Source: Mytilus trossulus (Eukaryota). From it: DNA of 64,000 nucleotides. The position numbers and the translations under genes were made by a program. A model generated the notes under the pieces. The model did not search any database. It saw only the letters and a program-made list of their open reading frames with translations, and was not told the origin of the DNA. Position 1 is the stretch's first letter; each line of letters opens with the position of its first letter. Positions 49,905-63,620 of this stretch are shown here, piece by piece. Location of the stretch: NCBI RefSeq assembly GCF_036588685.1, contig NC_086382.1, positions 77,996,001-78,060,000 on the forward strand, written 5' to 3'.

Positions 49905-52900
49905 GCCAACACTCGACTCTAAAATCACATGGCCAAGGGAAAATACCACACGACAAATCAGAACCGAGGCCCACGGCTTCGTCTGATATTTTTATAAGAC
50001 GTACAATTGGGAAAAGTTTGGCAGTACGGGGAACAGTATTTCAACAAAATGCAAGTATGATTGTTGATACAGCAGCTATGATTACACTCGTCAACGAGAA
50101 ATTAATACCGGAGAATATAGAATGTTCCGAAACAGTGACGCTACGTGGTTTGGGCGAGCAACTGGTCATTGGCAAGATTATTAGGAACACACTCCTGAAT
50201 ATAGATGGATTAGAAATAAAGTGGGACGTGTGTAGAGCACCACTTACAGATGATGTGATTCTAGGTCTAGATATTCTGGATACGCTTGGTGCAGTCATCA
50301 ACCTCAGCACTCCATCACTTACAGTTAACAACAGAGTTATACCTGCCTCATTCGTTACTGGATCTGATGATAGTGCTTATCAACAAGTCTGCATTAAACG
50401 TACAATTACAGTCCCGCCAAATTCAACGATGATCTTAAGCATAGATACACACAGAGGATCCGAACAAGAGTTTATTTTGGAACCATGCTCTCTTGCCAGT
50501 GGAGTTTTAGTTTCGCATGTTGTCGGAAAAGGCAAATCTTGCCCTGTAACTATTTTAAATGATGGGAATCGTTACATACGTATTAAAAAGGGTACACCGA
50601 TAGGTCATTATAAGAGATTGACAGTATAATGGAGGAGACTTCGGAAGAAAGTGAAAATCGAACTCCAGATGTCCGTCGTGGCATCGTAGAAACACAAACC
50701 CAGGTGCCCACGGCACCAGGTTTAAGCCAAGAAGAATTGTCTACGTTGCCATCCCATTTAACAGACCTGTATGAACGTTCTATAAAGCATGTAATTAGTC
50801 AAGATGATAAGTTAAAACTCAAGAAGTTATTAATCGAATACCAGGATGTATTTGCACAGCACGACCTAGATCTCGGATGCCTTACAGCTGTCCGGCATAA
50901 AATAGATACCAAAGACCACGCTCCAGTTAAACACCGGATGCGAAGAACACCTCTTGGATTCCAAGATCTTGAACAGCAGCACCTTGACAAGATGTTACAA
51001 GCAGGTGTCATTGAGCCATCATCTTCTGAATGGGCCTCAGCTCCAGTGCTGGTAAGAAAGAAAGATGGAACCGTGCGCTGGTGCATTGACTACAGAGCTT
51101 TAAATGACAGAACAATAAAAGATTGCTTCCCTATTCCTATTATTGAGGATTGCTTGGACTCACTCCAAGGCACCACCACGTTCTGTACATTGAACCTTGC
51201 CAGTGGCTATTATCAGATTGAGCTTGAGCCAGAAGACCGAAAGAAAACGGCGTTCATTACAAGATATGGGTTGTTCGAGCACACCAGAATGGGAATGGGC
51301 CTTTGTAACGCCCCAGCAACATTTCATCGGGCCATGCAACTCGTTTTGAGAGGACTTACTTGGACACAGGTGTTAGTTTATCTTGATGATGTCGTGGTTC
51401 TCGGTCGCAACTTCGAGGATGGTCTCATTAATTTGAGGGCTGCATTTGAAAGATTTAGACAGTATACCCTGAAGCTGAAACCAAAGAAGTGTCAACTGTT
51501 TCAGCCTGAAGTTGAGTTTTTAGGAAAACTGGTGAGTGCTAATGGCATCTCCGTTTCTCCATCTAAGATAGAAGCAGTGAAAAAGTGGCCAACTCCCAAG
51601 TCAAAGAAAGAACTCATGTCATACCTAGGGTTTGTCAATTACCACCGGGATCACCTGCACAACTATGCAGAAATGACTGCATGTCTATACGACCTTGCTC
51701 ACCAGACAGGAGAAGCTGAATGGCAACAGTGTCACGAAAAGGCGTTCCAACAGTCACAAACGGCGTTAATAAGTGCACCTTGCCTGACATATCCTAATGC
51801 CAATGATAAATTCATATTAGATACAGATGCATCTGACACCACCATAGGTGCAGTTTTATCACAATTACAAAATGGTGAAGAAAGGGTTATATGCTTTGCA
51901 AGCCACGTTCTATTGAAGCCTCAGCGTCGTTATTGTACAACAAGGAAAGAGTTACTGGCCGTTGTTAAGTTTTGTCGGCATTTCCGTCACTACTTACTTG
52001 GTAGACGTTTTATTTTACGCACTGATCATAACAGTTTGGTATGGCTAATGCGTTTCAATCATATTGAAGGACAACTAGCGCGATGGTTGGAAGAATTGTC
52101 ATCATTTGACATGGAGATCATCCATCGTCCAGGAAAGAAGCATTGTAACGCTGATGGTCTAAGTTGCATCCCAGACGATGTTCCTGAATGTGACTGCTAT
52201 AGGGCAGGACTTGATCCTACAACACTGCCATGTCATGGTTGCAAATATTGCCTACGAGCTCACGAACAGTGGAGCAGATTCGGAAATGACGTAGACGACG
52301 TGATTCCATTGGCTACTAAGTCAGTGATAGCATCAGTACGCACGGTTTCAGTAGTGGCCGAAAATGATAAGGACATGTCCACTGACCAAGAGCCCACGGC
52401 TCTGGCAGGGGATTGTCACTCAGATCCATCACCAAGTTTAGACGATACTCTACCATATGCTGATGGCAATCCATGTAGCAACTGGGCACCTGAATACCCA
52501 CCTGAACAGTTAAAGATATTTCAGCAAGAAGACCCTGATTTGGCTCCAATATTACAATGGATGGAGGAAGACGTCGAGCCAACACAGGCTGAACTACGTT
52601 TGCAAAGTAGGGCAACTAGGTCGCTTTGGTTGTGTAGACCTTGCTTTGTCATGTTTAACCATGTTTTATACTACAAATTCATAGGTTGTCTAGCACGCCA
52701 AGGTCTTTGTTTAGTTGTTCCATCAGAGTTAAAAGGAGAGGTGCTTAAAAATTGTCATGACACCAAAACATCAGGACACTTGGGTCAGAAAAAGACGCTC
52801 GATAAGTTAAAGCAGGCTTTTCTGTGGTATAACATGCGCAAAGATTGTGACGAATATGTTAGTACCTGCGCCACCTGTAGTCAAAATAAAAAGGCGCATG

Positions 52901-54243
52901 TGCAACCTAGAGCACCACTTGGGCAGTTCCATGCTGGGTATCCGATGGAGAGAGTACATCTCGATATTCTTGGACCTTTTAATACAAGTAATAGCGGCAA
53001 TAATTATGTCTTGATGATGGTGGATCAGTTCACAAAATGGGTAGAGATGGCTGCATTACCTGAACAGACTGCAAAGATGATTGCTGAGAAATTTATTGTG
53101 CATTTTGTGGTGACATTTGGGTGTCCCTTGGAAATCCACACTGACCAAGGACGAAACTTCGACAGTGACTTATTCAAAACACTATGTGATGCCTTGGAAA
53201 TTGCCAAAACCAGGACAACCCCGTATCATCCCTCATCAAATGGCCAGGTAGAGAGGTACAATACCATTGTATTGGCAATGATAAGATGTTTTATTGAGAA
53301 AAATTGTCGTAACTGGGACAGAGACTTGCCTTTCTTGTCTATGGCAATGCACTCAATGGTGAATAGGCAAACTGGATTTACGCCGAATCAAATGATGTTG
53401 GGTAGAGAGACTATCCAACCTGTTCATCTTCTCCTTGGCATGCCACAGTACGGTCAGAACAGAATGACCCCCAACGTTTGGGTACAACATTTAGTCGGAA
53501 GGATGCAAAAGATTCACGAATTTGCAAGGCACAGTCTGCAAACCTCGCAACTAAGACAAAAGCGGGATTATGACCTCAGAGTTGTTGAACATAAATATCA
53601 ACCAGGCGATTTGGTGTATAAGGCGGACTCAACTACAAAAGTAGGACAGAGCAAGAAGCTCAAATCACCATGGTGTGGACCTTTTCTTGTCGTGGCTAGT
53701 AGACCCCCATTGTACACTATCCGAGGAAGAAAAGGAGATTCAGTGCACCATGCATATGACAAATTGAAACTTTGCAACGACAGGGATATCCCGACCTGGA
53801 TCAAAAGACTTAGGCATGCGTTATTTCAAGCTGAAAGTGAAATGGATGAGAGCTGGGATGATCTTGATGATACAATACCCTATGGTGTTGACTTTAATGT
53901 TCAGGGCATGTTTGATGCAAATCAGCCCACTTTTGATAGAATTGTTTTACCCCAGTCATTAGGTGACCCGTCCTATACCCATACTCCATTGACACAAGAA
54001 CTGGAACAGGGGCCCCAGTTCGATACAGTTGCAGCTTTAGATGCTACTAGTAATAGCATTGATGAACCTCCAAATTTAGACTTGGGGGAAATTTCAAAAT
54101 CGGATAATAGTTTCAGTGGGGACTCTGTAAATGTCAAAGATAGCAGCACAGATGACGAGAAGAGGCCCTCGGCCTCTCTGTCTTCTGATCACACCTCAAG
54201 GTATGGTAGGCCAATCAGATGCCCACTACGATACCAAACGTAA
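49886..54243 (+). CDS. pol: Pol: protease, RT, RNase H, integrase (frameshift near 50608)
   Basis: PR IVDTAAMIT; RT LNLASGYYQI (usual Asp is Asn) and YLDD; RH DTDASD, ELLAV, TDH, NADGLS; IN HHCC, HLDILGP, HTDQGRNF, NGQVERYN, GPF. The pol frame overlaps the gag end in the -1 frame. Confidence 0.95.
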
Positions 54244-54381
54244 TAGATATTGTGTGGGATAATTTCATATGTATATAATGTATATATTTACTTTAGCATG
54301 TTCGTACTTAGTAATAAATGTGCATCATTTTCGCTATTGTGTTTTTAATCATGTTATGTTTTGATTTCCTCTCGTTCTAGG

Positions 54382-56179
54382 ATGGAAGAGGGGTCTCGTT
54401 CAGACCAAGATGTGTTGTCACTGAGTCCACACAGCGAGTGGCAGGAAAGTAAATCTGATTGTACCGATCTTGACGTGGCAGATCTAATGGTTATAGATGA
54501 AGTAGGTCCAGATGAAGACATATGTCCAGATGAAGGAGAAGGTCCAGCTGAAGAAGTAGGCCCAGCTGAAGAAGTAGGTCCAGATTACCAGGCTGCTGGT
54601 GTAGCTTCTGGGGCCCTTGGCCCTGTTGAGACACACAGCAGTGTGGTTGAAGATACTAGTATTGGTATATACCATAGTGAGATCGATGAAGAGAGAAGCG
54701 GCGCGGTAGCAGTTTCGAAAAACAGATTACGGCAGTGTCCAATATGTGGGATGGCGTCCAGGGAAAAGACACGCCGTCATGTCCTCAAAAGACACCTTCC
54801 ATGGTTTTGGTCGGGTTCTACTGCCTGTTGGGATTGCTGTGAGCAGGAAATCCAGGCATCTTCTCTAGCCAGGAGACACACAGAGGAACATAGGATTGGT
54901 TGTTTCTTTGATGAAGAACACCTTCATTTGTGGTGCCAGTTGGTGAGTGGCTCTCTTCACCTTGTTAAATCGTGGTTTGGCTTAACAGATCTTGAAGGCT
55001 TGTTACAGTATGTACTTGACCGGCAATTACATGAAACCGTCACCAGTGGTTTTAGTGACCAAGAACAACAGCTACTGGTGTTCTATGCACAGAACTATAG
55101 TCCTGACCGCCTGTCGCACATCAGTGCTAACCCTCCCAACCATGTCATTATTGACCAACTGGGAGATTATGACTAGCCTATTACGCAGAGTGGGACCTGC
55201 TCAACAACAGTCTCTTTTGTCCTGTGACAAATTCGTAACTTACGAGGGTGCATGGATTGTGGACACGGTACCAGTACTTCAAGAGCCATTTGTGTTTGTA
55301 GACAGTCATTTCCATTTAGATCTCATCCTCAAGAGACTACATTTCAACACATTTTTGCATATGAGCTCACGTATCTCTCCGGCTGAGCACAACAACACCT
55401 TTTACTACGGAGTTGCCAATTATGTCTTCACAGAACATTGGGACAGCTGGTCAGTACAAGTTGGAGCTGCAAAGTCGGTGTATGTATCATTCGGAATATA
55501 TCCCCATATTGCTGCCAGAGGAGTCAGTCACAAGCAACTTGAGGACTTGGACCACCTGTTGGGAAACTACAAGTGCGTATACGTAGCAGTCGGCGAAATA
55601 GGCCTTGACTTCACAACCAGGTGCGGATGCAAGCGATGTCACACTCCACAGCAATGTCAGCAGCGAATGCGGGACTGCCAGGAAAAGGCCTTGTTGGAGA
55701 TGCTGCATATAGCACAGCGCCGACAGTTGCCTGTCATCTTGCACTGTCGTGATAGAGGTTATGGTGATGCTGCAGCCCGTGTATTGGCCATCATTCGCAA
55801 TGGGTTTGCTGAATTGCACTACCATCGCCATTGCTTTGATGGTAGTATAGAGGAATTGAGGGAATGGCAAAGCCTTCCAAATGTTGTGTTTGGAATCACG
55901 GGAAAGTTTTTAAAGGACACGAACGCCAACAGTGATGCGATCTCAAGGATCTTACCACATCAGTTAATCCTTGAGTCTGATGCCCCGTTTCTTTCGCCAA
56001 GGTCATGTTGTGAGGTGAACCATCCCTGGAATTTAATAGATGTTGCTTTGGCAGTGAGTCAGCGCAGAAACATTCCGTTGAACATTCTAAACTGGATGGC
56101 TAATGATAATGCCCTCCGATTCTACAGTATCCCAAAGTTGAGACAAGAGCCAGCTAACTGGGGCCCTAGGCCTCGTTAG
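54382..56179 (+). CDS. tatD: Third ORF: acidic repeats, two C2H2-like fingers, TatD-family metallo-nuclease (frameshift near 55150)
   Basis: TatD motifs DSHFHLD, GIYP (usually GxHP), AVGEIGLD, ILHCR, HCF, LESDAPFL; fingers CPIC...HVLKRH and CWDC...RHTEEH; lies between IN and the PPT. Confidence 0.9.
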
Positions 56180-56479
56180 CAATCTTTCAATAATAGAGTT
56201 TTTGATGGATTCTGTAAATAGTTTTATCAGTATCAGGAAGGTTCCGATATATGTATATGCGTTTCTTTTGATACATGGATGACTTTGTGTTTCTTCAACT
56301 AAAGATTTTATACAGAAATTGAATATTTTATACAGAGTGTTTTAATTAGCATCTCTAACTATTACCCGCAACATCAGAGAGTTATGAACTAGCGTTACAT
56401 TCTTTGCTGTATTTTATCTTGTTTTTAAGTTTATTTTTTTAGTTTAAATATGTGACTGATTCTACACGAAGGGGACGGA

Positions 56480-56726
56480 TGTGGTGCCGCTTATGTATGC
56501 ATAGAAGAACCAGTCCATATATTACAGTATGCCAAGCAATACCTCTGGACGACTGACGTCACGAGGATTCCCTTCGACTTCCGCTTACTATATTGAACAC
56601 ATGTATTATTGTATTATTGCTGTCTGCTGACTTATATATTCACCAGATTACAGAGATCAACCGATATTAAAGGTATTCTGTTTATCACGCATACACTTTA
56701 CTTATTTGTACCATATCGGCACAACA
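56480..56726 (+). repeat. 3' LTR (247 bp)
   Basis: Matches the 5' LTR; preceded by the PPT and followed by GTAT. Confidence 0.97.
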
Positions 56727-57879
56727 GTATGTAGGATTGAACACGTGTTATAATATGGAGCGACACATTTTGGAATATAATACTAATTGGAAGGGTCATG
56801 TATTACACATGTTCTTGTCGACGCCTTCCCATAATGTCTGTATATAATTATTATCACAACAGACATGTAAATCCATGTAAATCTAAGCAAGATTTAGTTT
56901 TCTGATCAGTAAAAGGTTCTGGTCATGCAATAATAATCATCACGGCAGATTAACAATTGTCTCAAGTTCTGTGCTCCCTGCCACGTGTTCTAGTCTATAC
57001 TTCAATCAGAATTCTCCTACCAATCAAAATAGAGCATTTTGTTTACATTAATCTTGTATAATATACAATTATTGAAGCTAGTTCATCAAACTTTTGCATT
57101 ATCGAACAAATATTGAATTTGTGCTTACAAACGACAAAATGAACAAGTGAAATGTCTTTTATGTACATTCTGGACGAGAAATTTTAAAAGTAAAATCACA
57201 AAAATGCTGAACTCTGAGGAAAATTCAAAACGGAAAGTTCTTTTTAATTAATGGCAAAATTAAATAATATTACACATTAACTGAATGGACAACAACTGTC
57301 CTTACTAGGTACATGTATTTAAAAGTAGATAGTGGCGAATTGAACCCGATTTTATTACGCTTAGATGTAAATCTAATAGGTAGATCCTGCAACAGATGTC
57401 ATACCGTACAACGATCCTGTAAACATCCACGTACACGGGTAAATGAGAGTGTATTGGATAGAGATAAAAACGTATTCTTGCAACGAGCTACCTATGGACC
57501 CTTCAACGTTTGTTGCAAGGGTTTCAAAAAGGTAGATTTATTACTGAGTTTCCATTATAAACGGCCGTGGCTCCGTATTTGTCCATCACGCACAGCAAAA
57601 CGGAGAACCACTATGCCGCGCGGAGGAAACCAATTGTGTCACTCTCAAACGTATTTAATTTGTGATTCGCCTCGCATTTTAAAGTAGTAGGATAGCAGAT
57701 TTAGCTTCGAAAAAAATATGATAAATTCTCTGAAGTAGCCGTGTATTTAAAACTTCCTTTAATCATTTGAAATATTAATAGTACGCCTGTAACCACTGCC
57801 AAAGTGGGCGGTATACTCCTTTCTAAATGAGATGCTCATAAATATTCATAACATGTTCAGAACGAGGCTATATTCGGTC

Positions 57880-58270
57880 ACTAAAATAAACAATATGTAG
57901 AATGCTACTTGGAGTATACACATTACAAGCAAACAGACATCGTTTTAACGAATTCGAGGTAGACCCATCCTGTCCACTGTGTAAACAAGGACCAGAGGAC
58001 AGAACTCACTTTCTGGTCCTATGTCAACATCTTGCCACAATCAGACAACCATTTATGGAATTTCTGAAAATTGTTATGCGGGAAATGTTACCAGATCTAC
58101 ATCAACAGATAACATCTGATCCACTACTGCTTACGCAAGTAACACTTGACTGCTCGTCTAGCCCGTTTGTGTAACCTCAATATTACAACAGACTTGAATG
58201 TTAGTCGAGGACTTTGCTATGCCCTACATATAGCACGAAGTAAAGCTCTAGAATATCATTACAAGTAACC
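57880..58270 (+). mobile_element. 3' end fragment of a non-LTR retrotransposon ORF2
   Basis: CPLCKQGPEDRTHFLVLC is the CCHC-type C-terminal motif typical of LINE ORF2. Confidence 0.65.
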
Positions 58271-58485
58271 AGCTAAATAGTGTGCAAGATTTCATTTGAC
58301 ATTTATCATACTATCACGATTGAGTGATTGGAACATAGTAGGGACCACCCCGCTCTTAATGTGTACATAGACTTTAATTTAGTATTGTAATAAAAGTGGG
58401 ACAGTGCATATATAGATATTTTATGAAGTGCTGGGTAACCATACCCATCACTACAGTGGAGGAAGATACAGAACAACAACAACAT

Positions 58486-58669
58486 ATGGCGGCAAATGAC
58501 AACGAAAAACTAACAGAGCATACATCTACGAAGGATTTGACTTGTTTACCGGCCATCAATTTTAGTTTTGTTGAGTCTATTGTTAAAGCAGGAAGTAGGA
58601 GTCGGGGAGACAAAGAAATATCAAAGGGATACAAGTATTTCAGCGAGAAATACATATATAATATTTCAG
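58486..58669 (+). other. Possible first exon of a DNA-transposon accessory gene (SWIM/YqaJ-associated type)
   Basis: MAANDNEK...LPAINF...SKGYKYFSEKYI followed by a cag|gtattt donor; resemblance by eye only; no downstream exons found. Confidence 0.3.
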
Positions 58670-60149
58670 GTATTTGTCCTTCATTCGGCGCCGATTCCTC
58701 ATTTCTAACCCGTCTTAATTTCATGTTGTTTCAAAATGGTACACAATAAATTTCTAAAATAATGAACTATCTGGTTGTCTACGTAGGCACGTTGGGTCGC
58801 TGTTATTCTGTTTTAGTGAACTAACTATCTATAAAGTGTCCTCGTTAAAATCCACTGTGATGTTCTCAAATGCGACACGATGTACCAGAGTAAAGTGGGG
58901 ACAATACATGCATGTTTTAGCATGAATTATCAATATGTTGACTCAAATTTCACTAGATTTATAAATAATCTCTTTCATATATTATTGTCTCCAAATATAT
59001 ATAGTGCGGTGACATAAGGAGATTTTTTTAAATTTAATCTCCCCACCGAACACACACCTATATAATATATCATTGGAAAGAGGAAATCGTGTACTATAAT
59101 AATATGCCTGTCGTCAGGACTTAGTATGGTCACAATTTTTTTAAATTGAGGTCAAAGGTCATATGTGAAAATTTGGGAGGGTTTCAATTTTGACATTTTT
59201 TTCTATTTCTAAACTCTACATAAATACAAACGATACTGTTTTGACTTTATTAATGTTTGTTATTATACATAAACCTTAATCATTAAGATTTATTTTATCA
59301 AAAAAAACCTAAAACGACGTTTTATAAACAAAACTTCAAAAATTAAGTTTTTAACCTATAAAATGTTTAGAGCACCTTAACCTTTTGAAAAATTTCAATT
59401 TCAGGTAAAAATCCAGTGTCATGCAGGACAATACTTTAAAATTATTTTTTCAACTATCATGTTGGGTGAGGTATCAAATCAAAGCAATAGAACACTACAG
59501 TCAAATATGACCTCAAATTGAATTGCGAATACTTCAGGTTTTATTGTAGACTATTCGTTGCTTTTGGGTTTTTTTCACAATTATTACTGCTTTCATATAG
59601 TATTATCTGTTGTTGCGTATTTTACTCTGGTTAATATCTATTACATTATAAGTTTTCTTACCTATATCCCCCCTTTTTGTCCTTGCAACGTACCACAAAC
59701 TTCAAAAGTATTCTATATAAAAAAAGAAAATGTGATATGATTGCAAATGAGGCAACCCTCCAGATGAGACATAAATTACCAATACGTCCCGTACGGGCTT
59801 CAACAATGAGTAAAATTTATACTGCATAGTCTTCAATTCACGAAATTAATATTGTAAAACAAACGAAAAATCTCTCGACCTGATTAATGTACAAAATGAA
59901 TAAGAAATAAAAAAATATAGTATATAGAAACATACGACAAACACTGCATTACCGTCTCGTGACTTGAAACAGACACAAACAGAATGTGTGTGTGTGTGTG
60001 TGTGTGTGGGGGGTGACTTTTTTAAGGGCACGCCATCACTTTCCAAACCCGGGGGCTGGGACCGTGTATATCAGTTCAACAAGCTATATACCTAATCAAC
60101 CGTTATCTTCATCATCTTCATTTTCACCAACCGTCACAAGACATGTTTT

Positions 60150-63100
60150 TAATATTTCTATACATTTTACTCATGGCCACAGTTATGCACATGAAAGGTT
60201 CTGCTCAAAGCAAACACGTTATTTTGAGTTTTTCTTTACAAGTACAGACAAGGTATTGTAGGAAGTCCGAAGACATTTGTTCCCAAAGAAATACCAGCTT
60301 CAAACCATCCCTTTCAATTCATCCAAGATTTAACAGAGATCTAAAATGGGGTTAAGATGACATCCAAATGCTTGTCTGCAAAGATGATGAGGAAACATTA
60401 TGCATGAGACGTACACACTATCTTGATTACGCTAAATTTCATGGTTGGCAACACATTAGATAGCGTCGCACTCTTCTTTAAGAGGCATAACATCCATTGG
60501 CATTCAATATTTCAACAAGGTGTTTCGAACCAAACTCATGGTACATTTGTAAAGCCAATCCTAAATAAAAAGGAGTTAAAAAAAATGGCCTCACAAACGG
60601 TTGACGCAATTACGCAATTTATGTGATGCCATTTCCTGAGAATAGTCTTGGCTATGCAGTTTCATCGAGTTACCATAAAATGAATTGCAATAAAGACGAA
60701 GGCATTGACTGAATTAAAGAAGAAAGAGACAATTCTTCCGAAGTTGGGTATACTTCTGTAGAGTTTGTAGAGATGTCTTTTCTATTGTATCGGCGTTTTT
60801 CAATAAAAACGTACTTTCTTGTCCTAGCCACTTTAAAAAAAAATGTGTTTGATCTTTGCAAGTAATTTTTTGTGCAGTCAGTACATTGAATTAGATTTAA
60901 CATTTTAAAGCAAAGAAACAGTTTATTTTTTAGAGAGATTGATAAGATATTGATTCCTGAATGGTCCAAAACAACCAAAATGGCATGTCCCTAGACCGCC
61001 TGTTCAACATTCATACTCCGTCAAAAATATCATAAAAAAGTGTAGAAATAAATATTATTTTTACTTAATATAACTTCTTTAATAATTCAAAAGTATGTTT
61101 AGAGCCAACATATTTTAATAAACAGCTTTTAACATGGGATTTTTAATTTCAGAAGGTGTGTCCCTAACAAAATGTCCACTACGAAACGAAGTCATTACAA
61201 TTTGCTAATAAACAGTTTTGTAAAATCAGTGTAATTTTTGTTTGCAAGAGATATAAACATTAGGGTCTTACAAAAGAAGTGATGCTTTTATAACGGCAAT
61301 AAAATTGTTGGTAAGAAAAATTGAGCACATTAAATGCACCAGAGTGATACCGTATTTTTGTAAATGTCCACTACGAAACGGGTCAAATTTCCTTCAGTAT
61401 CTGGTTTTAAAATTATGAAAAAAATATCAGTGTACAGCTTAATACATGCTTTGATGAATACAGTCAATCTTTATACTATTGCAATATAGGGATTGTGGGG
61501 AAAAAATAAAACATGCGAATACGTCCCCTACGAAACGATCCCCTACGAAACAAGTATGGGAGAAAAACGTTTCGTAGTGGACACTACCACTACCATGCAG
61601 TCTTTTTTTTAATCTTTTTTCAATTATATTCGTGCAAAACAAATAACAAGGGTTAGTTTCAAGTAATTTTTATTATGTTTTTATTAACATATAATAGGGT
61701 TGATGTCAACTACGAAACTTTTTGTACACTACGAAACGGTTTTGTCTACTACAAAACGCATCAAAATGTCCACTACGTAACATGAGATGAACCTTCATAT
61801 GTGAAGTACTGTCTACTCTTTATCGATAAAAATGGTGTTCCAATTCAGAAAAAAGATGAGATTTTTCTAGTTTTAAAGTAAACAAACTGGAATGTCTATA
61901 GGAAACATTTTTAAAATTGCAAATAAATATGTGTGTAAAGAAGAAGTTTCGTAGGGGACACAAGTCCCCTACGAAACAGTACTCAAATTATGAAAATTAT
62001 ATCATTTTAAAGAATATTTAAGATTGCAATTTTTGTTTACAAACATGTCTATAATAGAGGTATTCAAAATAACTCTTGCAATTAAATTTTAGACAAGTTG
62101 ATTTTCCACCTTTTTTTTAGGTCTGAAAGTTACGCTTTTATTGAAAAACGCCCGTATACTTGCAGCGGAATGACATATCTGTCCGTTATTTGTGTCTATT
62201 ACATTTGACATTAAAATTTTGAGTTCAGTTTTCAATTGACTAGCAGCTGATATGGCATCTCAAATAGTTATTTTGCTACCAAATATTGTTATGTTTGCCT
62301 TGAACTTGTTGAAGTTGTTTGACAACTGAATTGCTATAGAAATCAATAAGTTTAAACTGCATTAATTTTACAAGTAGACTATTTTAAATTAGAATCAGCT
62401 GGAAGAAAAGATCCATTTCTAAGTAGTATATTTATCTAGTAACGGTGTCACGAGGAATGACCATTACATCGTTGTCAAAAGCCAAAATAAAATTAGTAAA
62501 AGCAGTGTCGTGATCTAAGATATCTGCTTTTTTTTTCGTTTTTACCAAATAATTTGTAATGCAACCAAAATGACAGAGTGCTTGAAGTTTAAAAGATGGA
62601 CGGGAAACTATTTCAACTTTAACTTTATCTGACACGGTTAAAACATTCTTAATACGCTCATCTGATTCAAACTTGAGTAGTTTTTGATCTTTCTATAATG
62701 TTTTGTTGAAACAAAATATACAAATGCTCCAGCTGAACGACTGCATTCTAGAACGCGTACACATACCCGAAACAGAGGGACAACAGTCTGATAATTGTAT
62801 GTCGTCATTAAATATCAGATAAAAAGCTTCCTCGCTCTAAAAGGGGGAACAAATATGTTTACTTGTGTAACTTTTGTAGCATGAACAATGACAAACAGCC
62901 TGAACGAACTTCTGTAAATTAACTGCTTTCGCATGAAACATCTTGATGTTCACCTCATCTAATCTTTAATTTAATGCAGATACAAAAATCGACTTTTCTA
63001 TACTGTCTGGTAAATTGACTCAAAATTTCAGTCCATTTTTCTTTTCTTTGCATACTAAGCACTGCATAAAATTTAACAACTTTTGACTTTTCTTCGGACT

Positions 63101-63150
63101 TAATGGAGCAAATTGCAACGGACTTGACATATCACGGAATATTTACTGAA
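60150..63150 (-). pseudogene. Internally deleted, decayed Academ-like transposase
   Basis: Minus-strand remnants FSWSICIFC, CHFGCITNY, TPFYLGLALQMYHEFGSKHLVEILNANGCYAS and a Cys-rich end (QTSIW...LVCTCK...NLSC); split by a MITE. Confidence 0.5.
60790..62154. mobile_element. TA-flanked MITE with internal ctacgaaac repeats
   Basis: TIR ggcgtttttcaataaaa.cgta.ctttc at both ends, TA on both sides; about 10 copies of gtcc(a/c)ctacgaaac in both orientations. Confidence 0.7.
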
Positions 63151-63294
63151 ACTATCCGTCAATTATTTTGATTTTACAATTACAGATGGGTGCGGTCCTA
63201 ACCTTGACAAAAGTTAACTTAGAGTTAACTTGTTGACTGCTTTCTAAGTTAACTTGAGAATTTTTAAGCAGTCAAGCAAGTTAACTTCGTCGTT

Positions 63295-63620
63295 GGTGGA
63301 CCAGACCTACGGTCTGCTTTTTTAGGACTGCTGCAGACCTATCGATAAGCCTGCTCCAGACCAGACCTGTGGACAAGTCATCTTTTGATCAGTCCTGAGG
63401 ACAGGTCTGCCCCAGACCAGACCTGTGGACAAGTCTGCTTTTGACCAGTCCTGAGGACAGGTCTGCCTCAGACCAGACCTGTTGACAGGTCTGCTCCTGA
63501 CCAGACCTGAGGACAGGTCTGCTTTTGACCAGACCTGTGGACAAGTCTGCTATTGACCAGACCTGAGGACAGGTCTGCTTATGACAGATTATCGTTATAA
63601 GAGTTTTCATATCAGACCTG
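63295..63620. repeat. Minisatellite of about 28 bp with internal palindrome (cagacctgaggacaggtctg)
   Basis: Directly visible, about 10 copies. Confidence 0.85.

Larger units (their letters stand above)
46653..56726 (+). mobile_element. Full-length Ty3/Gypsy LTR retrotransposon with an extra TatD gene
   Basis: TG...CA LTRs at 46653-46899 and 56480-56726, GTAT TSD (46649-46652 and 56727-56730), PBS-like tggcgtcgtacgaca at 46901, PPT gaaggggacgga at 56468-56479, domain order gag-PR-RT-RH-IN. Confidence 0.97.

Noticed and set aside
54992-56179. Host TATDN gene or bacterial tatD contamination
   Set aside because: It lies inside matched LTRs with a TSD, upstream of the PPT, and is fused to an element-type finger region.
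59002-59500. Possible terminus of the Academ-like element (tagtgcggtgacataagg...)
   Set aside because: No matching inverted copy found in the window.
63295-63620. Palindromic repeats resembling CRISPR repeats
   Set aside because: Intervening sequences are only a few bases and are themselves repetitive.
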